Positions 1 to 9,234 of a stretch of 64,000 nucleotides of DNA are shown piece by piece. This DNA comes from a virus. Where the stretch lies: IMG/VR virus record IMGVR_UViG_3300015371_000026, positions 3,392 to 67,391 of that record; one strand, given 5' to 3'. The notes under the pieces are model-generated. The model was not told the origin of the DNA, did not search any database, and was given only the letters and a program-made list of their open reading frames with translations. Numbering within the stretch: the stretch's first letter is position 1; the number at the start of each line of letters is the position of its first letter. The translations under genes were made by a program, and so were the position numbers.

Positions 1-9
1 CACCGCCAT

Positions 10-255
10 GTGCGCGGGAAGGCGATCTCCATCTGGTGGCCCGACAAGCCGCGCCAGGATCTCTACGCGCTGCGCTTCGACGACCTCCTCGAGATCCCAC
101 CTGACATCAACGACAACATCGGGCTCGGTAAGGGCGACCCTGAGCCGATCGACGAGGACGACGCGGTGCGCTGTCTCGTCTGCGGCGGCGAGATCGGCGT
201 GAAGACGCGCAACTGTCGTCGGTGCGGGACGAAGGAGGGCGAGACACTTGCCTGA
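10..255 (+). CDS. Probably 5'-truncated small protein (SIWWP motif, C-terminal CxxC..CxxC)
   Basis: ORF at the window edge overlapping the next gene; resembles the K-SIW-x-P partners I recall upstream of GREB1-like phage genes. Confidence 0.5.
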   Translation: MRGKAISIWWPDKPRQDLYALRFDDLLEIPPDINDNIGLGKGDPEPIDEDDAVRCLVCGGEIGVKTRNCRRCGTKEGETLA

Positions 256-1192
256 TCGCGTGCTTCCGCGCTACCCGGTGTACGTGCCGTCGAAGGGTCG
301 CTACTCGGGCGCTCGACCGAAGACGGCGCTACGTCTGCTCAAGGACGGCGTCCCGTTTCGCGTCGTCGTCGAGGAAGCCGAGCGACGCGCGTACGAGCGC
401 ATGGTCGGCGCCAGTCGCGTGCTCGTGCTCCCGTTCAGCGATCTCGGGCAGGGGTCGATCCCGGCCCGTAACTGGATCATGGATCACGCCATCGCGGAGG
501 GGCACGAGCGCCACTGGCAGCTGGACGACAACATCATCGAGTTCCGTCGCCTGTATCGAGGCGACCGCTACCCGTGCTGCGCCGGTGTCGCGCTTCGCGC
601 CTGCGAGGACTTTACCGATCGTTACGAGAACATCGGGATCAGCGGGCTCAACTACCAGATGTTCGTGCCGCGCGACACGAGCGTCCCGTTCTATCTGAAC
701 GTCCACGTCTACAGCTGTACGCTGGTCAACAACGCGATCCCGCACCGCTGGCGCGGTCGCTACAACGAGGACACCGACCTGTGCTTGCAGGTGCTCGCCG
801 ACGGGTGGTGCACGGTGGCGCTCAACGTGTTCATGGCGAACAAGTCGCCGACCATGCGGATGAAGGGCGGGAACACCGACGAGCTATACGCGTCGGACGG
901 GCGGCTGGCGATGGCGCGCGCGCTCGAACGTCTCTGGGCTGGCACCGTGACTACAGATCGTCGCTGGCAGCGCCCGCAGCACGTGATCACGGACTCGTGG
1001 CGTAAGTTCGTCGCGTCGAAGGAGCCCGACCAGATCTCGCTCACCGACCTATACGAGGCGCTCGGGGAAGGACTCGAACTAAAGCTGAAGCCAGGTGTCG
1101 ATCTCTCCGCGCTTCCGGCGATCGACGAGTACGGGCTGCGTCTGCACAACACTCGACCGGCTCAGATGCCGATGGCGGAGGTGACGTCGTGA
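248..1192 (+). CDS. GREB1-like / TET-associated (TAGT) glycosyltransferase, putative DNA base modification
   Basis: Motifs YPVYVPSKGR, ARNWI, HWQLDDNI, VYSCTL, WRGRYNEDTDLCL, MKGGNTDELY. Confidence 0.75.
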   Translation: MPDRVLPRYPVYVPSKGRYSGARPKTALRLLKDGVPFRVVVEEAERRAYERMVGASRVLVLPFSDLGQGSIPARNWIMDHAIAEGHERHWQLDDNIIEFRRLYRGDRYPCCAGVALRACEDFTDRYENIGISGLNYQMFVPRDTSVPFYLNVHVYSCTLVNNAIPHRWRGRYNEDTDLCLQVLADGWCTVALNVFMANKSPTMRMKGGNTDELYASDGRLAMARALERLWAGTVTTDRRWQRPQHVITDSWRKFVASKEPDQISLTDLYEALGEGLELKLKPGVDLSALPAIDEYGLRLHNTRPAQMPMAEVTS

Positions 1193-1362
1193 GGAAAATC
1201 GAGAGCGAGCACGGGACAGTGGACAAACGAAAGGTCGACCGCTCGTTCGAGCAGGACGAGCAGCGCTGGATCGAGTCGTACGTCCACAACTCGGCGACGA
1301 AGATCGCAGAGCGCGCTCACGCCGCGCGCCTCGCGCTCCAGAACGGGAAGACCGAGACGTGA
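1189..1362 (+). CDS. Small hypothetical protein (57 aa)
   Basis: GTGA overlaps at both ends; fills the gap exactly. Confidence 0.5.
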   Translation: MRKIESEHGTVDKRKVDRSFEQDEQRWIESYVHNSATKIAERAHAARLALQNGKTET

Positions 1363-2186
1363 GCAAGCTGCTTCCGCTCTCGCCGTTCGAGATGCGCAAG
1401 CAGGATCTCTTCAGCGTGTTCATCTCTGACTGCTGCGACGCCGGACTCGACCCAGAGCAGATCAAGCGCTGGGCGCAGGAGTCAGAGCGCTACTACCGCG
1501 AGCCTGCGAAGTACGCCGACGAGCAGACCGCGCGGCGCTCGATGGAGGAGTACTGGTACGCGTCGCTCGACGAGGGCGAGCCCGCCTGGGAGGTGTACGC
1601 CACGACCGCGATGGTCGCCGATCTATGGGCGTGCTGGTCCGTCTACTCGCGCGGATACCTGCGCGCCCTTCATAGCGAGCGCGCGCTTCCGACCGGGTCG
1701 ATCATCGCCGACATCGGGTATCCGGTGAAGTGCGTCGTCGACCTCGGGTGCGGGATCGCGTACACCACAGCGGCGCTGAAGCGCATCTGGCCGCACGCCG
1801 ACGTGATCGGCACCAACCTGCTCTGCACACCGCAGGCCGACGTGGCGCTGCTCGTCGCCGAGCGGTATGACTTCGAGATCTCGGAGAGCATCGCTGACGT
1901 CGACCACGCAGACGTCGTGTTCGCGAGCGAATACTTCGAGCACTTCCAGCAGCCGGTTGCGCACCTCGAGGAGGTTCTGGCGCTCGAACCGCGGGCGCTG
2001 ATCACCGCGAACTGCTTCAGCGGAAGGTCGATCGGCCACTTCGACTCGTACATCGTGAACGGTCGCGACGTCTCGGGCCGCGCGACCAGCAGGGCGTTCG
2101 GCCTACTGCTGCGATCGAGCGGGTACGACCTTGTCGAGACGCGGCTGTGGAACAACAGGCCGACGTACTGGCGGCGCCGCTCGTGA
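1359..2186 (+). CDS. Class I SAM-dependent methyltransferase
   Basis: VVDLGCGIAY motif I; DVVFASEYFEHF. Confidence 0.75.
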   Translation: MSKLLPLSPFEMRKQDLFSVFISDCCDAGLDPEQIKRWAQESERYYREPAKYADEQTARRSMEEYWYASLDEGEPAWEVYATTAMVADLWACWSVYSRGYLRALHSERALPTGSIIADIGYPVKCVVDLGCGIAYTTAALKRIWPHADVIGTNLLCTPQADVALLVAERYDFEISESIADVDHADVVFASEYFEHFQQPVAHLEEVLALEPRALITANCFSGRSIGHFDSYIVNGRDVSGRATSRAFGLLLRSSGYDLVETRLWNNRPTYWRRRS

Positions 2187-2710
2187 CCGGGTGGATGTAC
2201 GGGGAGATGCCAGGAACGACACCGGGGCCGCCGCTGGGCGGTCGCAACGGCGAACTGCTTGCCGAGCTGTGCGGCCTGGACGACTACAACCACCTGCGCG
2301 ACATGTTCTGCGTGCGTAACCTCGTCCCGGCTCGACCCGACGACGGGCGCTGGCCCCGGCACGAGGCGCGCGTACGCGCCATGTTCCAGATCGCCGGATG
2401 GAGCGACGGAGACCAGATCGTCCTGCTCGGCGCCCACGTTCGAGACGCGTTCGGGCTCGATGGCAAACCCTTGACCTCGCTGGAGGTCCCGCTAACCAGC
2501 GGCCACCAGGCCGAGGTGCCGTCGGGGAGCGGCCCCCTGGGTGTTTCTGAGGGGGGCAGGCTAGGAACGGCTCCCACGGCTGTCGTCCATCTCGTCCCCC
2601 ACCCGAGCGGCCGCAATCGGTGGTGGAACGAGCCAGAGAACCGCGAGCGCGCATCGCGATTGCTCAAGAAAGTCGTTATGGTCGTGCGAGACGAGAGGAG
2701 CGCGAGGTGA
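2183..2710 (+). CDS. Uracil-DNA glycosylase superfamily protein
   Basis: GEMPG (motif A-like), IVLLG, PHPSGRN (motif B); GTG start overlapping the upstream stop. Confidence 0.7.
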   Translation: MTGWMYGEMPGTTPGPPLGGRNGELLAELCGLDDYNHLRDMFCVRNLVPARPDDGRWPRHEARVRAMFQIAGWSDGDQIVLLGAHVRDAFGLDGKPLTSLEVPLTSGHQAEVPSGSGPLGVSEGGRLGTAPTAVVHLVPHPSGRNRWWNEPENRERASRLLKKVVMVVRDERSAR

Positions 2711-2829
2711 GACCGGGCGATGCGAGACCTAGAGCGGGCACGACGTCGACGAGGCGCCGTTCCCGGTCGTGCGTCTGGCTATCCCCTCGCGCCGCTTACT
2801 AGCCAGCTACAGGAGGGAGACGATCGACT

Positions 2830-3081
2830 ATGTCGACGCCAGAACCGCAGCCCGAGCCTCAGGTCGACCTGGGCGACGACGAGAAGGGCACGCGCGAGTA
2901 CGTGATCCTCACGGAGTGGAAGGAGAGCGGTCGCGTCAAGGCGCGCAGTGACCGCGAGGCGCTGGAGAAGTTCATGTCCGACTCCGGTACAGACGAGGGG
3001 ACGTTCGCTGCTGTCACGGCGAGTCGCTGGAAGCCGCGCACAGTGAAGACGCAGACGAAGACCGCAAGGGTCTTCGAGTAG
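2830..3081 (+). CDS. Hypothetical protein
   Basis: ATG with AGGAGG upstream; followed by a hairpin. Confidence 0.6.
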   Translation: MSTPEPQPEPQVDLGDDEKGTREYVILTEWKESGRVKARSDREALEKFMSDSGTDEGTFAAVTASRWKPRTVKTQTKTARVFE

Positions 3082-3093
3082 CGCAGTAGCACC

Positions 3094-3144
3094 GACGAGA
3101 GAGGGTCGGCTCGTAGCGCGCCGACCCTCGTTTCTCGTCCTTTT
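3094..3144 (+). terminator. Intrinsic terminator-like hairpin
   Basis: GAGGGTCGGC/GCCGACCCTC 10-bp stem followed by a T-rich tract. Confidence 0.6.
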
Positions 3145-3224
3145 CGTACGACGTCCGGGCCTTCCCTCGAACCTCCCAGGGGTGGATTATCTCGTGGCCG
3201 CAGCGAAAACCTAGACCGGGCCGA

Positions 3225-3518
3225 GTGAACGACCGACTATCGCGCCTAGATCCGGCTGGCGACCTCGTCATCGATGCCGCGCTACGCGCTAACGGCGCAG
3301 AGCCGTTCGACGAGCGCGCCTGGCTGGCCACGGTCGGGTACGAGGACGAGCAGCGCGACCCTGACGACCGCGACTGGCTCGACCGCGTGTACGCGGCGAT
3401 GATGGCCACGAAGTCGCTACGCGTCTGTAAGGCGCTGCTACGCGGCGAGTCTGTTCATCGCTCCCAGCTCGACCCGTCCGCGGTGCGCGCGATCGAGCGC
3501 AGATCGAGACGGTCGTGA
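3225..3518 (+). CDS. Hypothetical protein
   Basis: First of a run of coupled ORFs (continuing 3515-3763, 3760-3963, 3960-4157, all with 4-nt overlaps). Confidence 0.5.
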   Translation: MNDRLSRLDPAGDLVIDAALRANGAEPFDERAWLATVGYEDEQRDPDDRDWLDRVYAAMMATKSLRVCKALLRGESVHRSQLDPSAVRAIERRSRRS

Positions 3519-4153
3519 GCGTCGCGTTCATCGAGTTCACCGGCGGCGGTCCCTGGGACGGGCAGATCATCGCGGCCGAGCACCCCGAGTACGAGTACAG
3601 AATCCCGCGCCCGAGCAGGTTCCCGGGCTTCGTCGGCGTGTGCGACGCGGACGACGTCGACGTGACCACGTTCGGGCGCTGCGACGCGTACCGGCGTGAC
3701 GGGCGACGCGCGCACATGGTCGGCGGCGCCACAGTCTGGTCGTACAGCTGGGAGCCGATGTGAGCGAGCTAGACGTCCATCGCGTCATCTGCCCGTATCG
3801 CGACATCGAACTCGACCGGCTGCGCGCAACGCGCGTCATCGCAGAGCAGACAGTGCTCGCGCTGCGGCGGATGCTGATCGCGACCGATCCGACGCTGCCG
3901 AACGAGTACGACGGCACAGCCTGGGCTGACTTAGAGCGCTTGCACCGAACGAAGGTCGCGTGAACGAGCTGTCGCTACGCAGAGTCACTGCGTGGATCGC
4001 GTTCCCTTCACGCCGCACCTGGGGCGAGTGCTGGTGGACCGCGCGAGACATCTGTCTTACGAACCAGCCTGAGCTGCCCGATCCACTTGAGGCGATTCGA
4101 CGCGAGCACGACCGTCGCATCGAACAGGCGTTCATCTTCGGGACGAGCGAGCG

Positions 4154-4540
4154 ATGAGGATCGACGACCCCGGCCACGAGTTCATGCTGCGCTGGCTCGA
4201 CACTGAGAAGGAGACAGAGGCGCGCTTGATCTTCGTCAAACGCGTCGGAGACGGCTACCCGGGCAACGAGCCGCCCGCACACCCAGGCACCAACTGCCAA
4301 GAGGTGATTCGTGCGCTGATCGCGCGCGTCCAGTATCTCGACAAGCAGATCCCGCACGTCGAGAACCGCACCATCCTCTACGCCCTGCGGCTCGCGCTTT
4401 ACAGCTTCGAGCTACGCGCGGCTGAGCGGCACGGACGACTCGAAGCGTTCGAGCGCGAGTTCAATCGCAGCGTGATCGAGACATACGCGACCTGCGCGAA
4501 GTGCGGCCATGTCGGCTGCGGCGGCGAGTGCCATGAGTGA
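4154..4540 (+). CDS. Tad1-like protein (possible immune-signal sponge)
   Basis: HEF..LIFVK..GTNCQEVIRALIARVQYL..EN..L..LRLAL..FE.RAAER parallels the Tad1 motif order; compared by eye only. Confidence 0.45.
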   Translation: MRIDDPGHEFMLRWLDTEKETEARLIFVKRVGDGYPGNEPPAHPGTNCQEVIRALIARVQYLDKQIPHVENRTILYALRLALYSFELRAAERHGRLEAFEREFNRSVIETYATCAKCGHVGCGGECHE

Positions 4541-4825
4541 GCGGGGCTACGAGCACATTCTCGTCGAGATGCCGCTGTGCGCGAGTGAGCGCGGTAGGCC
4601 GATGGTCGTTCTCCCTTGCAGTCGGTTTCGCGCGTACGCAGACGACATCTATCTCGATCTGCTCAAGCGCTACGCACTCGACACGCTAGAGCGTGCGCGG
4701 CGCGAGCACCACGGTGACCAGCTACAGCTCCCGAGTCTCGATCCTGACGACTGGTATCTCCGCTCGCGCACACGGCAGGTGCTCGGCTCGCTCTCAGAGG
4801 TGTACGAGATCGTCCCGCGGGAGGT

Positions 4826-6067
4826 ATGACCGTGCCGGACGAACTCTGGCGCCTACCCGATCTCCCGCTCGGCGCGGTCGCCGAGCCGATCCCGATCACG
4901 CCGAGCGAGGAGGGCGACCAGCGCGAGCGCGTCTTCGTCGACGCCAATGAGTTCGCCGAGAGCGAGATCGACGCGCCCGAGCCGCTGTGGGGAGACGACC
5001 AGGTCAACGCCATACCGGCTGGCGGGCTCGTGCTGCTCGCCGGACGGCCGGGCGCAGGCAAGACGACGGTGATCGTCGACCTGGCCTGCCACCTCGCCTG
5101 CGGCCTGTCCTGGCCGCCCGTCGACCCTGAGAACACGCGCGCACCGGCGTCGTTCCGCGCGCCGCGCCCGCTCCGCGTCGCCGTGGTCGAGAACGAGGGC
5201 CCGCAGGAGATGTTCAGGCAGAAGATCAAGGAGAAGCTGGACGTGTTCCCGCACCGGATCCCGCACCCGGACGAGAACACCGGATGCCTGGTCATCCAGA
5301 CGTGGCGCTGGGGCGCGTTCAGCTTCGCAGACCGCGACGCCGCTGAGAGCGCGCGGCGCGAACTCGACCAGCTCGACGTCGACGTCGTGTTCGGCGACCC
5401 GCTGGCGTCGCTCGGGCCGGAGGGCGTCGGAAGCCCCGCCGACACGCGCGACTTCGTCGCCCTGCTGCGCCCGCTCGGGCTGGGCCAGCGCCGCGCGTTC
5501 GTGTTCCTCCACCACTTCCGCGAGCGCGCCGAGCGCACCGAGGACGAGCTGGCCCGCATCAGCGGAGCCTGGGGCGGACACCTAGACACGCTGCTCACGC
5601 TCAGCGCCACCACCAGCGAGGACCGCGCGCGACTGGCCTGGCCGAAGCTGCGCTGGGCGAGACGGAAGAAACCAGCGCCGATCATCCTGGAAAAAGTATG
5701 GCGCACCGCGAGTTTCGAGGCCGTCAGCGAGGAGGGCGACGTCAGCGCCCTCGAACCCGTAGTGGCCGCCGCTTTAGCGGAGTCGCGCGAACAGAACTCG
5801 AAGCGTCACGGCTGGCTGACGGCGATCGAGCTAGGGAAGGTCACGCACAACAGACGCGTCGACGTCCAGAAGGCCCTCGAGGGAGCGCCGCACCTGTTCA
5901 GCCTCCGCGCGGGAGCGGACGCCAAGGCGATCGGCGGGCACGTCAACAGCAAGCTCTGGGGCCTGGCCGAGTGGGACGACGCCGTCCAACAACCTCTACG
6001 AGACGTCGACGAGGCGACAGGCGCGCTCTCGATCGACGAGGAGATCGACCTGGACCTCGGGCTATGA
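4826..6067 (+). CDS. AAA_25 / RepA-like SF4 helicase
   Basis: Walker A GRPGAGKT, VENEG, VVFGDPL, FLHHFRE, SGAWGG. Confidence 0.8.
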   Translation: MTVPDELWRLPDLPLGAVAEPIPITPSEEGDQRERVFVDANEFAESEIDAPEPLWGDDQVNAIPAGGLVLLAGRPGAGKTTVIVDLACHLACGLSWPPVDPENTRAPASFRAPRPLRVAVVENEGPQEMFRQKIKEKLDVFPHRIPHPDENTGCLVIQTWRWGAFSFADRDAAESARRELDQLDVDVVFGDPLASLGPEGVGSPADTRDFVALLRPLGLGQRRAFVFLHHFRERAERTEDELARISGAWGGHLDTLLTLSATTSEDRARLAWPKLRWARRKKPAPIILEKVWRTASFEAVSEEGDVSALEPVVAAALAESREQNSKRHGWLTAIELGKVTHNRRVDVQKALEGAPHLFSLRAGADAKAIGGHVNSKLWGLAEWDDAVQQPLRDVDEATGALSIDEEIDLDLGL

Positions 6068-6287
6068 CAACGAGAGGAGCTACCGGTGGAACGAGCTGTA
6101 TGCGACCTGCGCATCTGGATCGAGGGCGAGGACATCGCCGATCTATGGCGCAAGATGAAGTGGATCCGCGAGACGACCCTCTGCGTCGCGGGCGAGCTGG
6201 AGGAGGGGATCGATGTACGTCAGATCACGCCGCGACCTCCCAAGCGCTCGCGCGAGTTCAAGCCCACCTGGTGGGGTCAGCCTATGC

Positions 6288-6470
6288 TGTCCGGACAGTA
6301 TGGGACAGCACGATAAGTTGGGACAACACCTGTCCCGGTCTCCCGTCTGGACGTCGCTGTTGTCCTGTCCCAGGTTGTCTATGGGTGGGGTGCTATAGCA
6401 CCCACCCAAGGATGGGACAACACCGACTCGCAGACCCCGCTGATTCCGACGACTCGACTGGGACAACACC
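6288..6470. repeat. Putative replication origin with iterons
   Basis: TGGGACAACACC x3 (6319, 6413, 6459), inverted TGTCCC copies and the palindrome GGGTGC-TATA-GCACCC, downstream of the helicase. Confidence 0.6.
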
Positions 6471-6746
6471 GTGAGTCCGTGGCGCGACACCGCCGGGTGG
6501 GGGAGCGACGTGCCCGACCGCCTAGTCGAGGTCGCCGAGCGGGTCTGCACCGACCGCCAGCTCGAGGCGCTCCGGCTCGCCAGTCACGGATACGGGTACC
6601 GTCGCAGCGGGAAGATCCTCGGGATCAGCGCGTCAGCGGTGAGCGACCGCCTACAGAACGCCTACCTCAACATCCAGCGGGCGTACGACCTCGAGGACGA
6701 GACGATCGAGAAACTCCGGGAGATCGCGGGACAACGCACCCAGTGA
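6471..6746 (+). CDS. LuxR/sigma-region-4 type HTH regulator
   Basis: CTDRQLEALRL..GYGYRRSGKILGISASAVSDRL. Confidence 0.7.
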   Translation: MSPWRDTAGWGSDVPDRLVEVAERVCTDRQLEALRLASHGYGYRRSGKILGISASAVSDRLQNAYLNIQRAYDLEDETIEKLREIAGQRTQ

Positions 6747-7005
6747 CCGCACAGTTCATACACCTCCCAGAGAACGGAGCGCGCACGTGAACATTCTCGC
6801 GTCGAAGTTCAGACTGCACACCATCGCCAGAGAAGTCGAGCGCACCGTCGCACGCGCGGTGTTCGAGGCAGGAGCAGAGGCACCGCCCACCCCGACCAAC
6901 AGCCTCCCGCTCGACGCCAGGCGTCTCAGAGGGATCCCAGTCGTGGGCGGACGCGGATCGATGGGCGGCCACATCGACGGCACGAGGCCAGACCAGAGCA
7001 GCGCG

Positions 7006-7034
7006 TAGACAGCGCCGCTCTCCGACGCTACACT
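7006..7034 (+). promoter_or_regulatory. Sigma70-type promoter upstream of the late operon
   Basis: TAGACA-N17-TACACT. Confidence 0.6.
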
Positions 7035-7091
7035 GCGCGACGAGTAGGTCGGAAGGCTTACTCGCTCTACCCCTACCCGAACTGGCACTAC

Positions 7092-7120
7092 GGACGGCCA
7101 TCGCGCCGTCCTTTCTCTTT
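7092..7120 (+). terminator. Intrinsic terminator ending a short leader
   Basis: GGACGGC-CATCGC-GCCGTCC-TTTCTCTTT. Confidence 0.65.
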
Positions 7121-7427
7121 GCCTAAGCGCAGCTGCTCATGCGGTCGAGTCGTCGAGCGCGGCACACGGTGCCCAGAACACGCCCGCGCGCCTCGCGACC
7201 GGACGTACGGGAACAGCCGCATCATCGTCAGGTCGAGCGCGCTCGTGTGCTGGATCTGCGGAAAGCCGTTCAGCGAGGACAACCCGCCGACCGCCGACCA
7301 CTTCGTGCCGCGTGACCTCGGAGGCAGCGACGACGTCGCGAACATGCGACCCGCTCATCTCAGCTGCAACATCAGCCGCGGTCGCGCGATGATCACTGGG
7401 AAGGGGGGGAGTGGCCTCCGCCCATAG
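7119..7427 (+). CDS. HNH endonuclease (packaging-associated)
   Basis: CWICG..TADHFVP..GGS..NMRPAHLSCN; position upstream of TerL. Confidence 0.85.
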   Translation: MPKRSCSCGRVVERGTRCPEHARAPRDRTYGNSRIIVRSSALVCWICGKPFSEDNPPTADHFVPRDLGGSDDVANMRPAHLSCNISRGRAMITGKGGSGLRP

Positions 7428-7776
7428 CGCGTGGTTGCGCTGTCCTACCCTCGCCTCTCTCCGCGAGCGAAACTGCGTACGCGTGGTGGCTGGGCGCAGC
7501 TGATGCCGCTGTGAGCGCACTGTCCAGCGGCTCGGTGTTCTGCCACGTGTGCGGCGGCGATATGGCGGACGACTCGTGTACGTGCGGCCATGTGCGCTGC
7601 GCGTGCGGGGGCTGCGAGACGTGCGCCGTTCACTCGCGCCGCTGCTCGTCTGGCGTTAGGGTTCGTGGCGCAGCCTCCGTAGCGATCGCACGGAGCGGTG
7701 ATAGGCCGCACGACGGCGCTTTTGATCGGTACTCACCTCCCGGTCGGAGCGCCGTCGTCGTTCTGGGGGGCGCGTC

Positions 7777-9234
7777 GTGAGCGCGATGCTCGACTACGCG
7801 GTCGCGTACGACTTCGAGCAGTGGTCGAGCGCGATGACGCTCGATACGGGTGAGCGCTGGGTCGCGGAGGAGTTCCAGCTCGCTGTCGCAGCTGATCTGC
7901 TCGCGGGTGTGCAGGTGGTCTGGATGGTCGTGCCGGAGGGGAACACCAAGACGACGTTCGCGGCGGGCGTCGCGCTCCATCACATCGAGCGCAAGCGGCG
8001 CGGGTACGTGGCGGTGGCGGCGTCGTCGCGCGACCAGGCGGAGTGGCTCTGGCGTCAGGCGCAGGGGCTGGTGATCGACAGCGATCGTAACCACGAGTTC
8101 GTCTGCCTGGAGGGGTACCGGCGGATTAGGTACGACCGGAACGACTCGCGCATCCAGATCTTCGCGGCGGACGACCGCGGCGGGGACGGGGCGATCGCGT
8201 CGCTGTACATTCTCGACGAGCTGCACCGCCACAAGGACCTGGCGCTGTACAGGACGTGGCTCGGGAAGCTGAAGAAGCGGAACGCGCAGATGCTCGTGAT
8301 CAGCACCGCCGGCGAGGTGGGCGGCGAGTTCGAGGAGGAGCGCGACAGGTTCAGGCGCGGCGGGAACGTGACGCGGCGCGGGTGCTGGACGCGCGCGGAG
8401 CGCCCGAACGCTGTGCTCCACGACTGGCAGCTGAGCGAGGACGCGGACCCGGAGGACATGGTCGCCGTCAAGGCGGCGAACCCGTTCAGCGGCGTCACCG
8501 TCGAGACTCTGAGCGAGAAGCGCGCGCTGCCGGGGATGACGCTGGCTCACTGGATGCGCTACTCCTGCAACCGGCCGCAGCGCGGGGAGATGGCGGCGAT
8601 CACGGAGAGCGAGTGGTGGCGGGCGCGCGTCGACGAGATGATCCCGGAGGGCGAGCGCGTGCGGGCCGGTCTCGACCTGGGCTGGAAGCGGGACACGACC
8701 GCGCTGGTGCCGCTCTGGTCACCGAGTCGCGACGTGCGCCGGTTCGGCCCGGCGGTCGTGCTGGAGCCGCCCGACGACGGAGACCAGCTGGACGCGCACA
8801 AGGTGGAGCGGGCCCTCGAGGCTGTGCACGAGCGCAACCCGATCTGGCAGGTGGTGATGGACATGACCAACGGGGCGCAGCTCTCCCAGTGGATCGAGGC
8901 GAACCTGGGCGCGGAGGTCGTGGACCGCACGCAGTCCGACTCGTTCGCGGCGCTCGACTACGCGTATTTCATGGAGGGCCTGCGCGAGGGGTGGATCCAG
9001 CACCAGGGCGACGTCGACCTGACCGCGCACGCGCTGAACGCGATCGCCCAGGAACTCCCGAGCGGGAAGGTTCGCTTTCAGCGCCCGAAGGAGGGACGCC
9101 AGGTGAGAACACAGCTGCGCAGGCGGCGCGTGATCGACGCGCTCACCGCCGCGGCGATGGTGCATACGGCGTGCGCCGCGGAGTGGGGAGACCCGCCCGC
9201 GGGTGAGACCCAACCGATGTACGCGTTCGTATGA
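7777..9234 (+). CDS. terL: Terminase large subunit
   Basis: Walker A variant VPEGNTKTT, AASSRDQA, ILDELH, ISTAG, ANP, GLDLG..DTTA, IDALTAAAM. Confidence 0.9.
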   Translation: MSAMLDYAVAYDFEQWSSAMTLDTGERWVAEEFQLAVAADLLAGVQVVWMVVPEGNTKTTFAAGVALHHIERKRRGYVAVAASSRDQAEWLWRQAQGLVIDSDRNHEFVCLEGYRRIRYDRNDSRIQIFAADDRGGDGAIASLYILDELHRHKDLALYRTWLGKLKKRNAQMLVISTAGEVGGEFEEERDRFRRGGNVTRRGCWTRAERPNAVLHDWQLSEDADPEDMVAVKAANPFSGVTVETLSEKRALPGMTLAHWMRYSCNRPQRGEMAAITESEWWRARVDEMIPEGERVRAGLDLGWKRDTTALVPLWSPSRDVRRFGPAVVLEPPDDGDQLDAHKVERALEAVHERNPIWQVVMDMTNGAQLSQWIEANLGAEVVDRTQSDSFAALDYAYFMEGLREGWIQHQGDVDLTAHALNAIAQELPSGKVRFQRPKEGRQVRTQLRRRRVIDALTAAAMVHTACAAEWGDPPAGETQPMYAFV

